This document shows positions 9,145 through 19,410 of a stretch of 64,000 nt of DNA, one piece after another. Location of the stretch: positions 1,058 through 65,057 of the forward strand of contig JANPGD010000054.1 of NCBI GenBank assembly GCA_031423845.1, in the 5' to 3' direction. Every line of letters starts with the position of its first letter. The first letter of the stretch is position 1. The notes below the pieces were generated by a model. That model saw only the letters and a list, made by a program, of their open reading frames with translations, did not search any database and was not told the origin of the DNA. A program made the translations under genes and the position numbers. Source of the stretch: Hyphomicrobiales bacterium. Its GTDB lineage: Bacteria > Pseudomonadota > Alphaproteobacteria > Rhizobiales > Aestuariivirgaceae.

Positions 9145-10479
9145 TTACATCGGCTCAAAGTCACTCGCTCCACGCACAAATTCATTGAGTGCGGCGGGGC
9201 GAGTGGCAGGGGGCTCGCGTCGTAGCTTGCAATTTTTAATATCGCAAAGTCGGCAGGTTGGGCCGAGTGGTCGTTGAGCTGTTGCGCTATAAATCGTTCT
9301 ACTCAGCTGATCCGGCGAAAACACAATTCCAGCCATTTTATGTTGATCGCGCACAGCCAGCATCACAAGCTGTTTGCCATCATTGCTTTTTAAAGCTGTC
9401 GCTTTAATTTCACGATCACAATCAAACAACGGTAGTTGCCCGCACAAGCTGCCGGATTGCGGCAGGTGAAAACCAAGCGGGCCAAGTTTTTCAATTACGG
9501 CGCCCGTTGTGTCCACAGCGAGAAATCCAACCCCATTTGTCATTGCCATGCGCTTCATAATTTTCAGACGACTGATACTGAATCGTAAAGCGAGGGCTTC
9601 AATATCAAACTTCAAGTCCTCAGCCGAAGAAACAAATTTCCCCGCAGGACATAAAATCGCCAATGCTAAAACATGAGCGAGTTCTTGGCGTAACAGGCGG
9701 CTGCCTTCGGGCTGCTTGGCAAATGGTGATGCAGAAATAATTTCATTAAACTTTGCCCTGCCCTCAAGTTGAGCCACTAGCAATGTAACTTCCCACAATC
9801 GTTGCTCCGCGTTCAATTTTTCCGAAACCAACAAGCGTTGTGAATGCCGATCATAACGCGCTCGGTCATGGCCCATAATATCAGTTGGGATAATACGCAC
9901 ATCAATTCCTGAATGCCCCCGCAACTTCGCCTTCAACCCTGCCATCGGATCATCCTTCGGCGAAAGATCAAACCAAATTTCCTCTGCTAAGGCTTCAAGA
10001 GATGGAAATGTAACTTGCTCCTGCACAAAGCGGCGAACGGCATCAAATGGAATTTCTGTTTGCGCAGCGCCACCCATCGCTATATTTTGTGAAAGCTCAC
10101 CAAGGCGCTTCAACACTTCACGGTAAGCCTGATAAAGCTTCACAGTAGCGCCCACTAAGTTGGGCGCCACTTGGGCTGCTTCCTGCAATTCGGTGACAGC
10201 CGGAATTTCACCAACCAGCAGAGGATCGGAAATCACTTCCTTCAACTTGGCTAAACTGTCACCAGATTCGGGGGTAGCCCCCAGCTCAGCAATATCCACC
10301 CCATGCAGCGCATTCAACTTTATCAGTAGTTGTGCCGTGACGGGTCGCTGGTCGCGCTCAATAAGATTGAGATAGCTCGGTGAAATGCCCAAGCTCTCCG
10401 CCAGTGCCGCTTGGCTAAACTGCAACCGATTGCGAATGCGCCGCAGCCGCGCTCCGGCAAATATCTTACTTCCAGCCAT
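9145..10479 (-). CDS. XRE-family short-chain fatty acyl-CoA regulator (ScfR/RamB/PrpR type)
   Basis: KIFAGARLRR, LGISPSYLNLIERDQRPVT HTH, C-terminal CRLCDIKNC; divergent from aceA. Confidence 0.9.
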   Translation of the reverse strand: MAGSKIFAGARLRRIRNRLQFSQAALAESLGISPSYLNLIERDQRPVTAQLLIKLNALHGVDIAELGATPESGDSLAKLKEVISDPLLVGEIPAVTELQEAAQVAPNLVGATVKLYQAYREVLKRLGELSQNIAMGGAAQTEIPFDAVRRFVQEQVTFPSLEALAEEIWFDLSPKDDPMAGLKAKLRGHSGIDVRIIPTDIMGHDRARYDRHSQRLLVSEKLNAEQRLWEVTLLVAQLEGRAKFNEIISASPFAKQPEGSRLLRQELAHVLALAILCPAGKFVSSAEDLKFDIEALALRFSISRLKIMKRMAMTNGVGFLAVDTTGAVIEKLGPLGFHLPQSGSLCGQLPLFDCDREIKATALKSNDGKQLVMLAVRDQHKMAGIVFSPDQLSRTIYSATAQRPLGPTCRLCDIKNCKLRREPPATRPAALNEFVRGASDFEPM

Positions 10480-10480
10480 A

Positions 10481-10590
10481 TTTACAATCTTTACAAATTA
10501 TCGAATATATATTTACAAAATATAACACATTATCTTGAAGTTGCTAGCTTTAGCGGCGTTGAAATGTAAATATTTGTCATGGATTTACAG
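10481..10590. promoter_or_regulatory. Cluster of TTTACA(A) boxes between the regulator and aceA
   Basis: TTTACA at 10481, 10490, 10512 and 10584; inverted TGTAAA at 10565. Confidence 0.6.
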
Positions 10591-10599
10591 GAGCACCCC

Positions 10600-11877
10600 A
10601 TGATCAATTTCGACGCCATCACCCCATCTGCACCACAAGGCCGTTTTGATGGCATTTCACGCAACTACACGGTGGCCGATGTGCAGCGCCTGCGTGGTTC
10701 CACTCAAATCCGTCATACATTGGCTGAAAATGGAGCGAATCGTTTGTGGTCGTTACTCAAGGAAGAACCTTTCATCAACGCGCTCGGTGCACTCTCCGGC
10801 AACCAAGCCATGCAAATGGTGCGCGCTGGATTGAAGGCGATTTACCTTTCGGGCTGGCAAGTGGCGGCCGATGCCAATGTTGCCGGCGGCATGTATCCCG
10901 ATCAGTCATTGTATCCCGCAAATTCCGGACCAGAGCTAGCCAAGAAGATCAACAAGACTTTGCAACGCGCTGATCAGATCGAACATGCTGAAGGCAAGAT
11001 GTCAGTTGAGAATTGGTTTGCGCCAATCGTGGCCGATGCTGAAGCCGGCTTCGGTGGCCCGCTCAATGCCTTTGAAATTATGAAGGCCTACATAGAAGCT
11101 GGCGTTGCCGCCGTGCATTTCGAAGATCAACTCGCCTCAGAAAAGAAATGCGGTCATTTGGGCGGCAAAGTGTTGATCCCAACATCTGCTCACATTCGCA
11201 ATCTCGTTGCAGCGCGTTTGGCGGCTGATGTGATGGGTGTTCCTACCTTGATCGTGGCGCGCACCGATGCGGAAGCAGCAAAACTTCTCACCTCCGATAT
11301 TGATGAGCGCGACAAGCCTTTCGTGATGTTTGGGGAACGCACCAGCGAAGGTTTCTATCATGTGCAAAATGGCATTGAACCTTGCATTGCGAGAGCCATC
11401 GCCTATGCGCCCTATGCCGATCTCATTTGGTGCGAAACTTCAACACCTGATTTGGCGCAGGCTAAGAAATTTGCTGAAGCTGTGCGCAAAGAATATCCAA
11501 ATAAGATGCTCGCCTATAATTGTTCACCCAGCTTTAATTGGAAAAAGAAATTGGATGATGCCACCATTGCAAAATTCCAAAAGGAATTGGGTGCCATGGG
11601 TTATAAATTCCAGTTCATTACGCTGGCAGGCTTCCACCAATTGAATTTCGGCATGTATGAATTGGCCAAGGGCTATCAAGCCACGCAAATGAGCGCCTAT
11701 TCAAAATTGCAGGAAGCTGAATTTGCCGCTGAAGCCAATGGCTACACAGCGACGCGCCACCAACGTGAAGTGGGAACGGGTTATTTTGATGCCGTCTCCA
11801 CCGTCATCAGCGGTGGCCAATCTTCCACCGGGGCGATGCACGAATCCACCGAAACTGCACAATTCAAAGCCGCATAG
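10600..11877 (+). CDS. aceA: Isocitrate lyase
   Basis: [39 protein letters not shown]. Confidence 0.98.
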   Translation: MINFDAITPSAPQGRFDGISRNYTVADVQRLRGSTQIRHTLAENGANRLWSLLKEEPFINALGALSGNQAMQMVRAGLKAIYLSGWQVAADANVAGGMYPDQSLYPANSGPELAKKINKTLQRADQIEHAEGKMSVENWFAPIVADAEAGFGGPLNAFEIMKAYIEAGVAAVHFEDQLASEKKCGHLGGKVLIPTSAHIRNLVAARLAADVMGVPTLIVARTDAEAAKLLTSDIDERDKPFVMFGERTSEGFYHVQNGIEPCIARAIAYAPYADLIWCETSTPDLAQAKKFAEAVRKEYPNKMLAYNCSPSFNWKKKLDDATIAKFQKELGAMGYKFQFITLAGFHQLNFGMYELAKGYQATQMSAYSKLQEAEFAAEANGYTATRHQREVGTGYFDAVSTVISGGQSSTGAMHESTETAQFKAA

Positions 11878-11883
11878 GAGGCC

Positions 11884-12123
11884 GTGATGTTAAAAACTCA
11901 CGTAAAAGATCGCGCCGTTGCTCAAAGCTCTGAAATGAGCGACCGCCAAAAGCTGGCCATCAATCGCTTGGCCAATGAATTGCACCGCTTGAACAATGCC
12001 GTGATTGCCGCAGTTGAGTCCGGCATTTCAGTGGAATTGCAGCGTGGCGCAAGGCATCATGCCGAGGGTGGCTACTGGGGCGATTTGATGATCCCGATCG
12101 TCGTTAAACAATCCGCGATTTGA
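11884..12123 (+). CDS. Small conserved protein downstream of aceA (SMc00767-like)
   Basis: LANELHRLN...G.SVEL.R.ARHH...WGDLMIP; position matches the rhizobial aceA partner gene; GGAGG RBS. Confidence 0.75.
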   Translation: MMLKTHVKDRAVAQSSEMSDRQKLAINRLANELHRLNNAVIAAVESGISVELQRGARHHAEGGYWGDLMIPIVVKQSAI

Positions 12124-12205
12124 TCTAATATGTCGCATAGAAATGATTGCCCAAAGCAATCGAAGCAGCTATAGACGCGCCAACAAAGCACTTATCGAGT
12201 GCTGT

Positions 12206-12280
12206 TGGGGCGTCGCCAAGCGGTAAGGCACCGGATTTTGATTCCGGCATTCGGAGGTTCGATCCCTCCCGCCCCAGCCA
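12206..12280 (+). tRNA. tRNA-Gln (TTG)
   Basis: TGGGGCG/CGCCCCA acceptor stem, CCGGA-TTTTGAT-TCCGG anticodon arm, GTTCGA, 3' CCA. Confidence 0.97.
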
Positions 12281-12409
12281 AACCTTTCCAAGCCAATTGA
12301 ATTTCCCAAGGGTTTCTAATTTCTTTCTTTCGATTTTTAGACACTTTGTTTACAACTTATAAATGCTTTATCCACGATACACTACTTATACGATAGTGGA
12401 TTTTGCCTA

Positions 12410-15400
12410 ATGAATATGTCGGTTCCTGCCTCCCCAATTGGTTCGCCTCCCCATGTCAGATCTATGGGTTGGATTGGTACAACAGCTTTGGCCATGGGTG
12501 GGAGCAATCAAAGTCTCTTTCTGATAGCGGCGTTGTTTGCGGGTCAAGGTGACATTCTAGGTCAAGGCAGTGCTGCCGTACCGCTCTTAATTATTGGCGT
12601 TTTGCTCAGTTGGGCAGCAGCCCCTGCATGGACCGAATTGGTGTTAATGTGGCCTAACCGCGTAGGAGGCATTGCGGCTGCCTGCTCGGAAGCTTTTCGC
12701 CCCTATAGTGCCGTGCTCTCCTGCTTGGCGGGCACCTGCTATTGGTGGGGCTGGGTGCCAACTTGCGGATTGACGGCGTTGCTATCAGCCTCGGCAATTC
12801 AACAATGGTATTTGCCTTGGCTTCCGGTTGAAGCCGTCGCTTGCGCATTGGTGATATTTTTCACGATTGTGAATTTATGCGGCATAAAATGGGTTACACG
12901 TCTGATGATCCCCGTTGCCGGGGCCTCTGCGTTACTGGCTCTGATATCGTCACTTGTTCCTATAATGACAGGCAGTGTTGATTGGCACCAAGCCACAGAT
13001 TTTAAATTGACCTCACCGTTTTCAGGCTGGTTTGGTGATCTTACATCGGTAATGGCAGGGCTTTATATCATAGGCTTTGCCGCACCTGCCTTTGAAGCAG
13101 CCACCTGTCATGTGGGCGAAACCATTAACCCCAACCGAAATGTGCCGCGCGCTGTCCTGGCCAGTGCTGCGATGGCGGGTGTCTATTTCATCATCATTCC
13201 GGTTGTTTGGTTGGGGGTTCTTGGCCCAGAGCCGCTGGGAAAAGATCTCGCCGTTTCTCTGGGTCCGGTATTTGCTCCGTTGTTTGGCAGTTTGGGTAAA
13301 GCCGCCGCGATTTGGTTTATGATGCTCAATATGTTTCATGGCACCATGCAGCCTCTTGCAGGTGCCGCACGTTCGTTGTCACAACTGAGTGAAGATGGTC
13401 TATTGCCACGATTCCTTGCTTTGCGTTCAAAGACCGATTGCCCATGGGCGGCAACTCTACTCACAGCCACCATGTCAATTGTATTCCTTCTGATGGGCGA
13501 TCCGATCTGGCTGATTGCGGCTGCGAATTTCACTTATTTAATCGCCGTTTGTTTGCCCAATGTGGCGGCGTGGTTGTTACGCCGCGATTTGCCTTTGGCT
13601 CACCGTCCTTACCGTGCGCCGCGTGGCACCATTGGGCTTGGACTTGTTGCTTCAATCATTTGGTTGCTCTCGGCCATTCTCGGCTTTCAACAGTTTGGTC
13701 TGCCCACTGTGCTTATTGGTTTGGCCATGGCCTATTCTGGTGCTGCACTTTACGCTTGGCGCAAAATTGAAGATCGGCGTTTGCAAGGGCTTCCGGCTTT
13801 CACGCAAACGCTGCATCTAAAATTGACTGGTGCGATGCTGCTTGTTCTCGTTCTTGATGGCGCAGGATACGTTCTTGCCGTTGGCAATGTGCCTGCCGAA
13901 CACACGGCCATGGTTGCAGCTCTTGAAGATATTTTTGTCGTTGTGGCAATGCTCACCGTTACCGTGGGGTTAGTGATGCCGGGGATCATTGCGCATGTCG
14001 CCACGCAAGTGAGCGACGCTGCAAAGAAACTCACTTCTGAAACCCTCTATGACTTTTCGCGGGCCATGACGGCGCTGGGCAAAGGCGAACTAGAATCGGC
14101 TTTCGCCACAGTTAACATTTCTCCAGTTCTTGTTCATTCCAATGACGAACTTGGTGAGATGGCAAAAAGCTTTAACCTTCTTCAGGACGAGGTCGCCGTT
14201 GCAGCACTAGGTCTCAACGAGGCCCGCAAGCATCTCTCAACTGCGCGGAGTGAACTTACGGCATCCTATGAGAACATGACCTATCTGGCACACCATGATG
14301 CCTTGACCAAACTTCCAAACCGATTTGCATTCTCCAAACATCTCAAAGAAACTTTTGATGAAGCGGTGACTGAAGGCGGTCGATTTGCCATTTTCTGCCT
14401 TGATGCTGACAGCTTTAAGGAAGTGAATGATGTTTATGGTCATTCAGTGGGTGATGACCTTCTGTGTGAGCTTTCACGACGGTTGACCGTTGAGGCCAAC
14501 GGAAATTACATCGCGCGGATTGGTGGCGATGAGTTCATTCTCGTTTCAAAGTGCACCGATCAAGATGAGATTCAAGAGCTTGGTAGAAGGTTACTCGCAA
14601 CAGTCGCGGATCTTTTTGAGCTTGGTGTTCACCAGCTTCGCATTGGACTCAGCATTGGCGTTGCTGTATTTCCAAAAGATGGGGACGATATTCACACCCT
14701 GCTTTGCAATGCGGATACGGCGCTTTACCGCGCCAAGGCCGATGGCCGTATGGATATGCGATTATTTGTCCCTGAAATGGATGCCCATGCGCGAGACCTC
14801 CACGCCTTGACCGTTGATTTGCGCTCGGCAATTGCCAAGGGCGAGATGACTTTGCACTACCAGCCGCAGGCTGAAACGAATGGTCGTGTTTTTGGCTTTG
14901 AAGCTCTGCTGCGCTGGCAGCACCCAACCCGGGGTTTTGTATCGCCGCAAACCTTTATTACATTGGCTGAGCAAAACGGCCTCATTGCCGCAATCGGTGA
15001 ATGGGTGTTGCGCACAGCCTGCTGTGAAGCGGCAACGTGGTTGCAGCCTCTTACAATTGCGGTCAATCTTTCTCCTGTACAATTCCAGCATGGCGATGTT
15101 GTGGGCCTGGTCCATTCCATACTTTTGGAAACTGGTTTGGCGCCTTCAAGACTTGAGTTGGAAATTACCGAAGGTGTTCTTATCAAGGATCAACTTACAG
15201 CATTGTCGATTCTGCGCCGTATAAAAGCACTTGGTGTTAAGATCGCCATGGATGATTTTGGCGTGGGTTATTCTTCGCTGTCTTCATTGCAATCATTTCC
15301 ATTTGATAAAATCAAAATTGATCGCAGCTTCGTATCGGGTGCTGATGTAAACGGAAAATCCGCGGCAATCGTGCGCGCCATTATTGCTCTTGGAACGTCA

Positions 15401-15598
15401 TTCAAAATACCCGTCATTGCTGAAGGTGTTGAAAACGAGAATGAACGACAATTCCTGTTGTCCGAAGGCTGCCATGAATTCCAAGGTTATTTGGTAGGTC
15501 GCCCCGCTGCAATATCCACTTATGCTCACATAACGCTCGGAAATGCGGAACCTATCAAAGCCATTGAAATTTTTGCGGTGAAGGCTGCCGGAGCATAA
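12410..15598 (+). CDS. APC-family amino-acid permease fused to HAMP-GGDEF-EAL domains
   Basis: Multi-TM APC-like N-terminus (GG..A...EAF, FEAA...GE..NP.RNVPRA, RPYRAP); DELGEMAKSFN; DALTKLPNR; GGDEF; FEALLRW; DDFGVGYSS; AEGVE. Confidence 0.9.
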   Translation: MNMSVPASPIGSPPHVRSMGWIGTTALAMGGSNQSLFLIAALFAGQGDILGQGSAAVPLLIIGVLLSWAAAPAWTELVLMWPNRVGGIAAACSEAFRPYSAVLSCLAGTCYWWGWVPTCGLTALLSASAIQQWYLPWLPVEAVACALVIFFTIVNLCGIKWVTRLMIPVAGASALLALISSLVPIMTGSVDWHQATDFKLTSPFSGWFGDLTSVMAGLYIIGFAAPAFEAATCHVGETINPNRNVPRAVLASAAMAGVYFIIIPVVWLGVLGPEPLGKDLAVSLGPVFAPLFGSLGKAAAIWFMMLNMFHGTMQPLAGAARSLSQLSEDGLLPRFLALRSKTDCPWAATLLTATMSIVFLLMGDPIWLIAAANFTYLIAVCLPNVAAWLLRRDLPLAHRPYRAPRGTIGLGLVASIIWLLSAILGFQQFGLPTVLIGLAMAYSGAALYAWRKIEDRRLQGLPAFTQTLHLKLTGAMLLVLVLDGAGYVLAVGNVPAEHTAMVAALEDIFVVVAMLTVTVGLVMPGIIAHVATQVSDAAKKLTSETLYDFSRAMTALGKGELESAFATVNISPVLVHSNDELGEMAKSFNLLQDEVAVAALGLNEARKHLSTARSELTASYENMTYLAHHDALTKLPNRFAFSKHLKETFDEAVTEGGRFAIFCLDADSFKEVNDVYGHSVGDDLLCELSRRLTVEANGNYIARIGGDEFILVSKCTDQDEIQELGRRLLATVADLFELGVHQLRIGLSIGVAVFPKDGDDIHTLLCNADTALYRAKADGRMDMRLFVPEMDAHARDLHALTVDLRSAIAKGEMTLHYQPQAETNGRVFGFEALLRWQHPTRGFVSPQTFITLAEQNGLIAAIGEWVLRTACCEAATWLQPLTIAVNLSPVQFQHGDVVGLVHSILLETGLAPSRLELEITEGVLIKDQLTALSILRRIKALGVKIAMDDFGVGYSSLSSLQSFPFDKIKIDRSFVSGADVNGKSAAIVRAIIALGTSFKIPVIAEGVENENERQFLLSEGCHEFQGYLVGRPAAISTYAHITLGNAEPIKAIEIFAVKAAGA

Positions 15599-15618
15599 AT
15601 AATATTTGCCAAAGGCAA

Positions 15619-17547
15619 TTATTTCCAAGCCGCCAGTTGTTGAGGTTTTACTGAAGCAGAACCCAGAATTATTTTTGCAGTGCTTGGAGCTTTCCAAGTT
15701 TTGGTGCCGTAATTGAAAGCAAAAGTCAGGCCGCCGCGTTTACGCAAACGAATATAGTCCGGCAATGTTACCGTTTTCAATTTTGCCTTTCGCGTGACAA
15801 GCCCTATCACTTCAGTGAGCAAATCGGCATCTGGCCAGCAGGCTAAATAATGATGCTGACCATTGGCCACCAAAGCAGGATCTTTGTTGGTAAAGCGCGC
15901 CAACACGGTGGCCGTTGTTTCAAGATATTCGCGCCAACGCGAAGTGGTGCCGGACACTTTTCCCGTGACGACATCGCTTAAGCCGGGTCGCAATGAAGAC
16001 ACTTGGGTTACACGCAAATTCAAAACTTCGCGCAGCGGCCCCGGTGCAAGCCCTTCTGGAATCGCACAGTGCCGCGTCTTTGATCCGCTGCGTGGACCAT
16101 AAAGAACCACCGCATCGGATTGTTCAAAGGCTTTGAGTGCCGCTTCTGAAACATGAGGCAGGGAGGGCACTAGGACCAGTCTATAATCTTTCAGTGAATG
16201 CCCCGGCGGCACAAAATCAACATTCAAGCCCAATCGCCGCACCGCTTCATACCAGCGGAACACAAGTTCTGGATATCTGAAATCCAAACCTTGCGGTTGA
16301 ATGCGCGTAATCCACGAGGCTTCGTAGTCATAAACGATAGCCACGGGTGCTTGTTCAAGGGCTGGAAGTTTACCCAGCTTTTTCAACTCAACTCCAACAG
16401 CCTCGGCCTCTTTTCCGCCCGGCGACAATTCAGACAGGCCTGCCATATTAAGACCAGAATGCATTTGCTCTTGCGCAAAGGGCGCCTGCCTCCAGCGGAA
16501 ATAACTGACGACTTCAGCACCGTGCGCCAAAGCTTCCCATGTCCACAGGCGCACCATGCCGGGTTTGGGCACCGGGTTCCATGGTGCCCAATTTACCGGG
16601 CCGGGCTGTTGCTCCATCACCCAGAACCGCCCACGCCCAACACCTCGATAAAGATCATGGTGGAAAGGCGCTATGTCGGGATGAGACGTCTCGGCCCATC
16701 GCACATGTTCGTCTTCAGAAAACGGAAATAATTCTGCAAAGCCTGATGGATAGGAATCATGGGATGCGAAATCGAGATTCTTCGAAACTTTCCAATGATC
16801 AAACTCATTGAAAAAGCCCATGAAGTTATGAGTAATCCAACGGCCCGGTGAATGGGCGCGAATAATCTCACATTGCATTTTATCTTAGGCGGCAACTTGG
16901 CTTGATTGGAACCGCCAGAAATCTAGTCGGGCTGCGGGATTGGTTTCGGTGACAGTAAGATGCGGCAAAGTAATCTGATCAAAGTTTGTTACTTCCATAG
17001 ACCAAAAAACGTTGCCCCAAGCTTCGTTTAACTGGTCTGTGGTCTGATAGGCTTTGCGCAACCAATTTTGAAACGCCTTCAGATCTTCCGCACCCCAGGA
17101 CAGCACGGTATTGTGACAACCATATTCATTGTCAGTCTGCCAGCCCGCAATGGCGGGATGTTTGCCGTAGCGCTTGGCCAAAACTTCGACGATGCGTTTG
17201 GTCTCATGATGATATGTTTCTGAAGAAAATGAATAATGGCGGCGCGAACCAAAGCTGCGCGCAATGCCGTGTTCGTCAACTGGTGCTATATCAGGATGCT
17301 CATCCATCAACCATTTTGGCGGCGTTGCTGTGGGTGTTCCGAGAACAACTTTCAATCCTGCATCGCCAAGCACTTCAATAGCCCGGTCAAGCCAACCGAA
17401 ATCATACGCGCCACGCGATGGCTCCATGCGCGACCAAGCAAATTCACCAATACGAACAAAGCTGATGCCAAGTTCGCGCATCCGCTTTGCGTCATTTGCC
17501 CACCAGCTTTCTGGCCAGTGTTCAGGATAATAACAAACGCCCAACAT
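15619..17547 (-). pseudogene. GH42 beta-galactosidase interrupted by an in-frame TAA at 16885-16887
   Basis: [16 protein letters not shown] and DNEYGC before the stop; THNFM, MEQQPG and YFRW after it; the same frame reads ...QVAA*DKMQCEII... Confidence 0.88.
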
Positions 17548-17749
17548 TATTTTAAAATTTCACCGTGTTAAGTTGTGTGATTAGCTTTAGTCAGCAAATG
17601 GCACGCCTGAACAAAAACATCAAACTGCATTTTGTATGACATAAACGACTTTAAAAAGTTATCCAATTGAGTTTTTGACCATTCGATCAGGAAGTGCTTA
17701 GCTCTCACCAATGCCCAAGATGGGGCTTAATTGTTTGAGGGAGTTAAAT

Positions 17750-19348
17750 ATGAAAACACGACATCTATTTGCAACAGCGTTATTGATGGGCACCATGCTT
17801 GTCAGTGCTGCGGTACAGGCCAAATCATTGGTCTATTGCTCGGAAGGCTCACCCGAAAACTTCACCCCCGCGATGAACACCACCGGCACCAGCTTAGATG
17901 CCGCTCGCCCCGTTTATAACCGGCTGGTTCAATTTGAACCCGGCACAACTACTGTGAAGCCCGCACTTGCAGAAAGCTATGACGTGTCTGCTGATGGTTT
18001 GGTAATCACTTTTCATCTGCGCAAGGGTGTCAAGTTTCACTCCGGCGTGAATGGTTTCACCCCAACGCGTGATTTGACTGCTGAAGATGTTATCTGGTCG
18101 TTTGATCGCCAATGGAAGCCAGACCATCCTTATGCAAAAGTGTCAGCGGGGGCTTATGATTATTTCAACGATATGGGCATGCCAGACCTATTGGCTTCAA
18201 TCGTAAAGGGCGCTGATGACCTCACTGTTATAATGACCTTGAAGGAACCAAACGCTCCAATCATGGCAAACCTCGCCATGGATTTTGCAACCATTCAGTC
18301 TGCTGAGTATGCTGACTTCCTGCTGAAGAAGGGAACGCCAGAACAGTTTGACCAAATGCCAGTGGGCACAGGTTCGTTCCAATTTGTCGATTATCAAAAA
18401 GACGCCGTCATTCGCTTCAAGGCATTTGATGGCTGGGCCGGTAAGCCAAAGGTCGATGATCTTGTTTTTGCCATCACGCCTGACGCAACTGCGCGTTATG
18501 CTAAGATGAAGGCCAATGAATGCCAGATTATGATTGCGCCAAATCCGGCTGATCTTGCTGCCATGGGCAAGGATGGTGATATTCAACTTCTGCAACAAGC
18601 AGGCTTAAACATCGCATACCTTACAATGCAAACTCAAAAGCCTCCTTTTGACAAGAAAGAGGTGCGTCAGGCGATTGCCATGGCCATTGACCGCGATTCA
18701 ATTCTGAAGGAAGTCTATCAGGGGGCAGGACAGAAAGCCAAAAATCCAATTCCACCAACTATCTGGTCCTATGATGATTCAACGGTCGACTACAGCTATG
18801 ATCCAGCCAAGGCTAAAGAGATGTTGACTGCCGCAGGTGTCACGTCGCTCGATACGGATTTGTGGTGGATGCCAGTGCAGCGCCCCTACAACCCTAATGC
18901 CAAACGCATGGCGGAAATGATGCAGGCCGATTTAGAAAAAGTGGGCATTCACGCCAAGCTCGTTTCTTACGAGTGGGGCGAATATCGCAAACGCTTACAG
19001 GCTGGCGAACATCAAATGGGCTTGATCGGCTGGACTGGCGACAATGGTGATCCAGACAATTTCCTGTTCCTGCTCTCCTGCAAGGCCGATGGAACACCGG
19101 CGAGCCAAAACCAATCCAAGTGGTGCAACAAGCAATACGATGCCGATCTGCTAAAGGCGCGCACATTGTCCGATCAAGCTGAGCGGACCAAGATCTATCA
19201 AGAAATGCAGAAAATTCACCACGATGAAATGCCGTGGATGAACATTGCACACTCCACCGTGTACGAGCCAGTGCGCAAAGAAGTTTCGGGCTATAAGGTC
19301 AGCCCCCTCGGAGCGCATGAGTTCCAAAACGTAGATGTGACTGAATAA
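17750..19348 (+). CDS. dppA: Dipeptide ABC transporter substrate-binding protein
   Basis: Signal peptide, LVYCSEGSPE, MPVQRPYNPNAKR, GWTGDNGDPDNF. Confidence 0.94.
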   Translation: MKTRHLFATALLMGTMLVSAAVQAKSLVYCSEGSPENFTPAMNTTGTSLDAARPVYNRLVQFEPGTTTVKPALAESYDVSADGLVITFHLRKGVKFHSGVNGFTPTRDLTAEDVIWSFDRQWKPDHPYAKVSAGAYDYFNDMGMPDLLASIVKGADDLTVIMTLKEPNAPIMANLAMDFATIQSAEYADFLLKKGTPEQFDQMPVGTGSFQFVDYQKDAVIRFKAFDGWAGKPKVDDLVFAITPDATARYAKMKANECQIMIAPNPADLAAMGKDGDIQLLQQAGLNIAYLTMQTQKPPFDKKEVRQAIAMAIDRDSILKEVYQGAGQKAKNPIPPTIWSYDDSTVDYSYDPAKAKEMLTAAGVTSLDTDLWWMPVQRPYNPNAKRMAEMMQADLEKVGIHAKLVSYEWGEYRKRLQAGEHQMGLIGWTGDNGDPDNFLFLLSCKADGTPASQNQSKWCNKQYDADLLKARTLSDQAERTKIYQEMQKIHHDEMPWMNIAHSTVYEPVRKEVSGYKVSPLGAHEFQNVDVTE

Positions 19349-19358
19349 TAGGTTTGAG

Positions 19359-19403
19359 GCCCTCATCTGAGCGATTTATCTTAAAATCGCCTAGGTGAGG
19401 GCA
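19359..19403 (+). other. Intercistronic stem-loop after dppA
   Basis: GCCCTCATCT-GAGCGATTT...AAATCGC-CTAGGTGAGGGC; probable mRNA-stabilising or attenuating hairpin. Confidence 0.55.
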
Positions 19404-19410
19404 TTTTCAT

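Noticed and set aside
12281-12320. att-site duplication of a tRNA 3' end (Gln, Thr or Ser)
   Set aside because: No second copy found by eye in the window; the TTCCAAGGG-like match near 60610 is too short to mean anything.
16885-16887. Stop-codon reassignment to explain the in-frame TAA (GH42) and TAG (48534)
   Set aside because: TAA and TAG end many conserved genes here at their expected positions (for example fabI, aroC, aceA, kup, gabT), so the standard code applies.
17599-17613. Sigma54 promoter upstream of dppA (TGGCACG)
   Set aside because: The -24 element is good but there is no GC at the -12 position.
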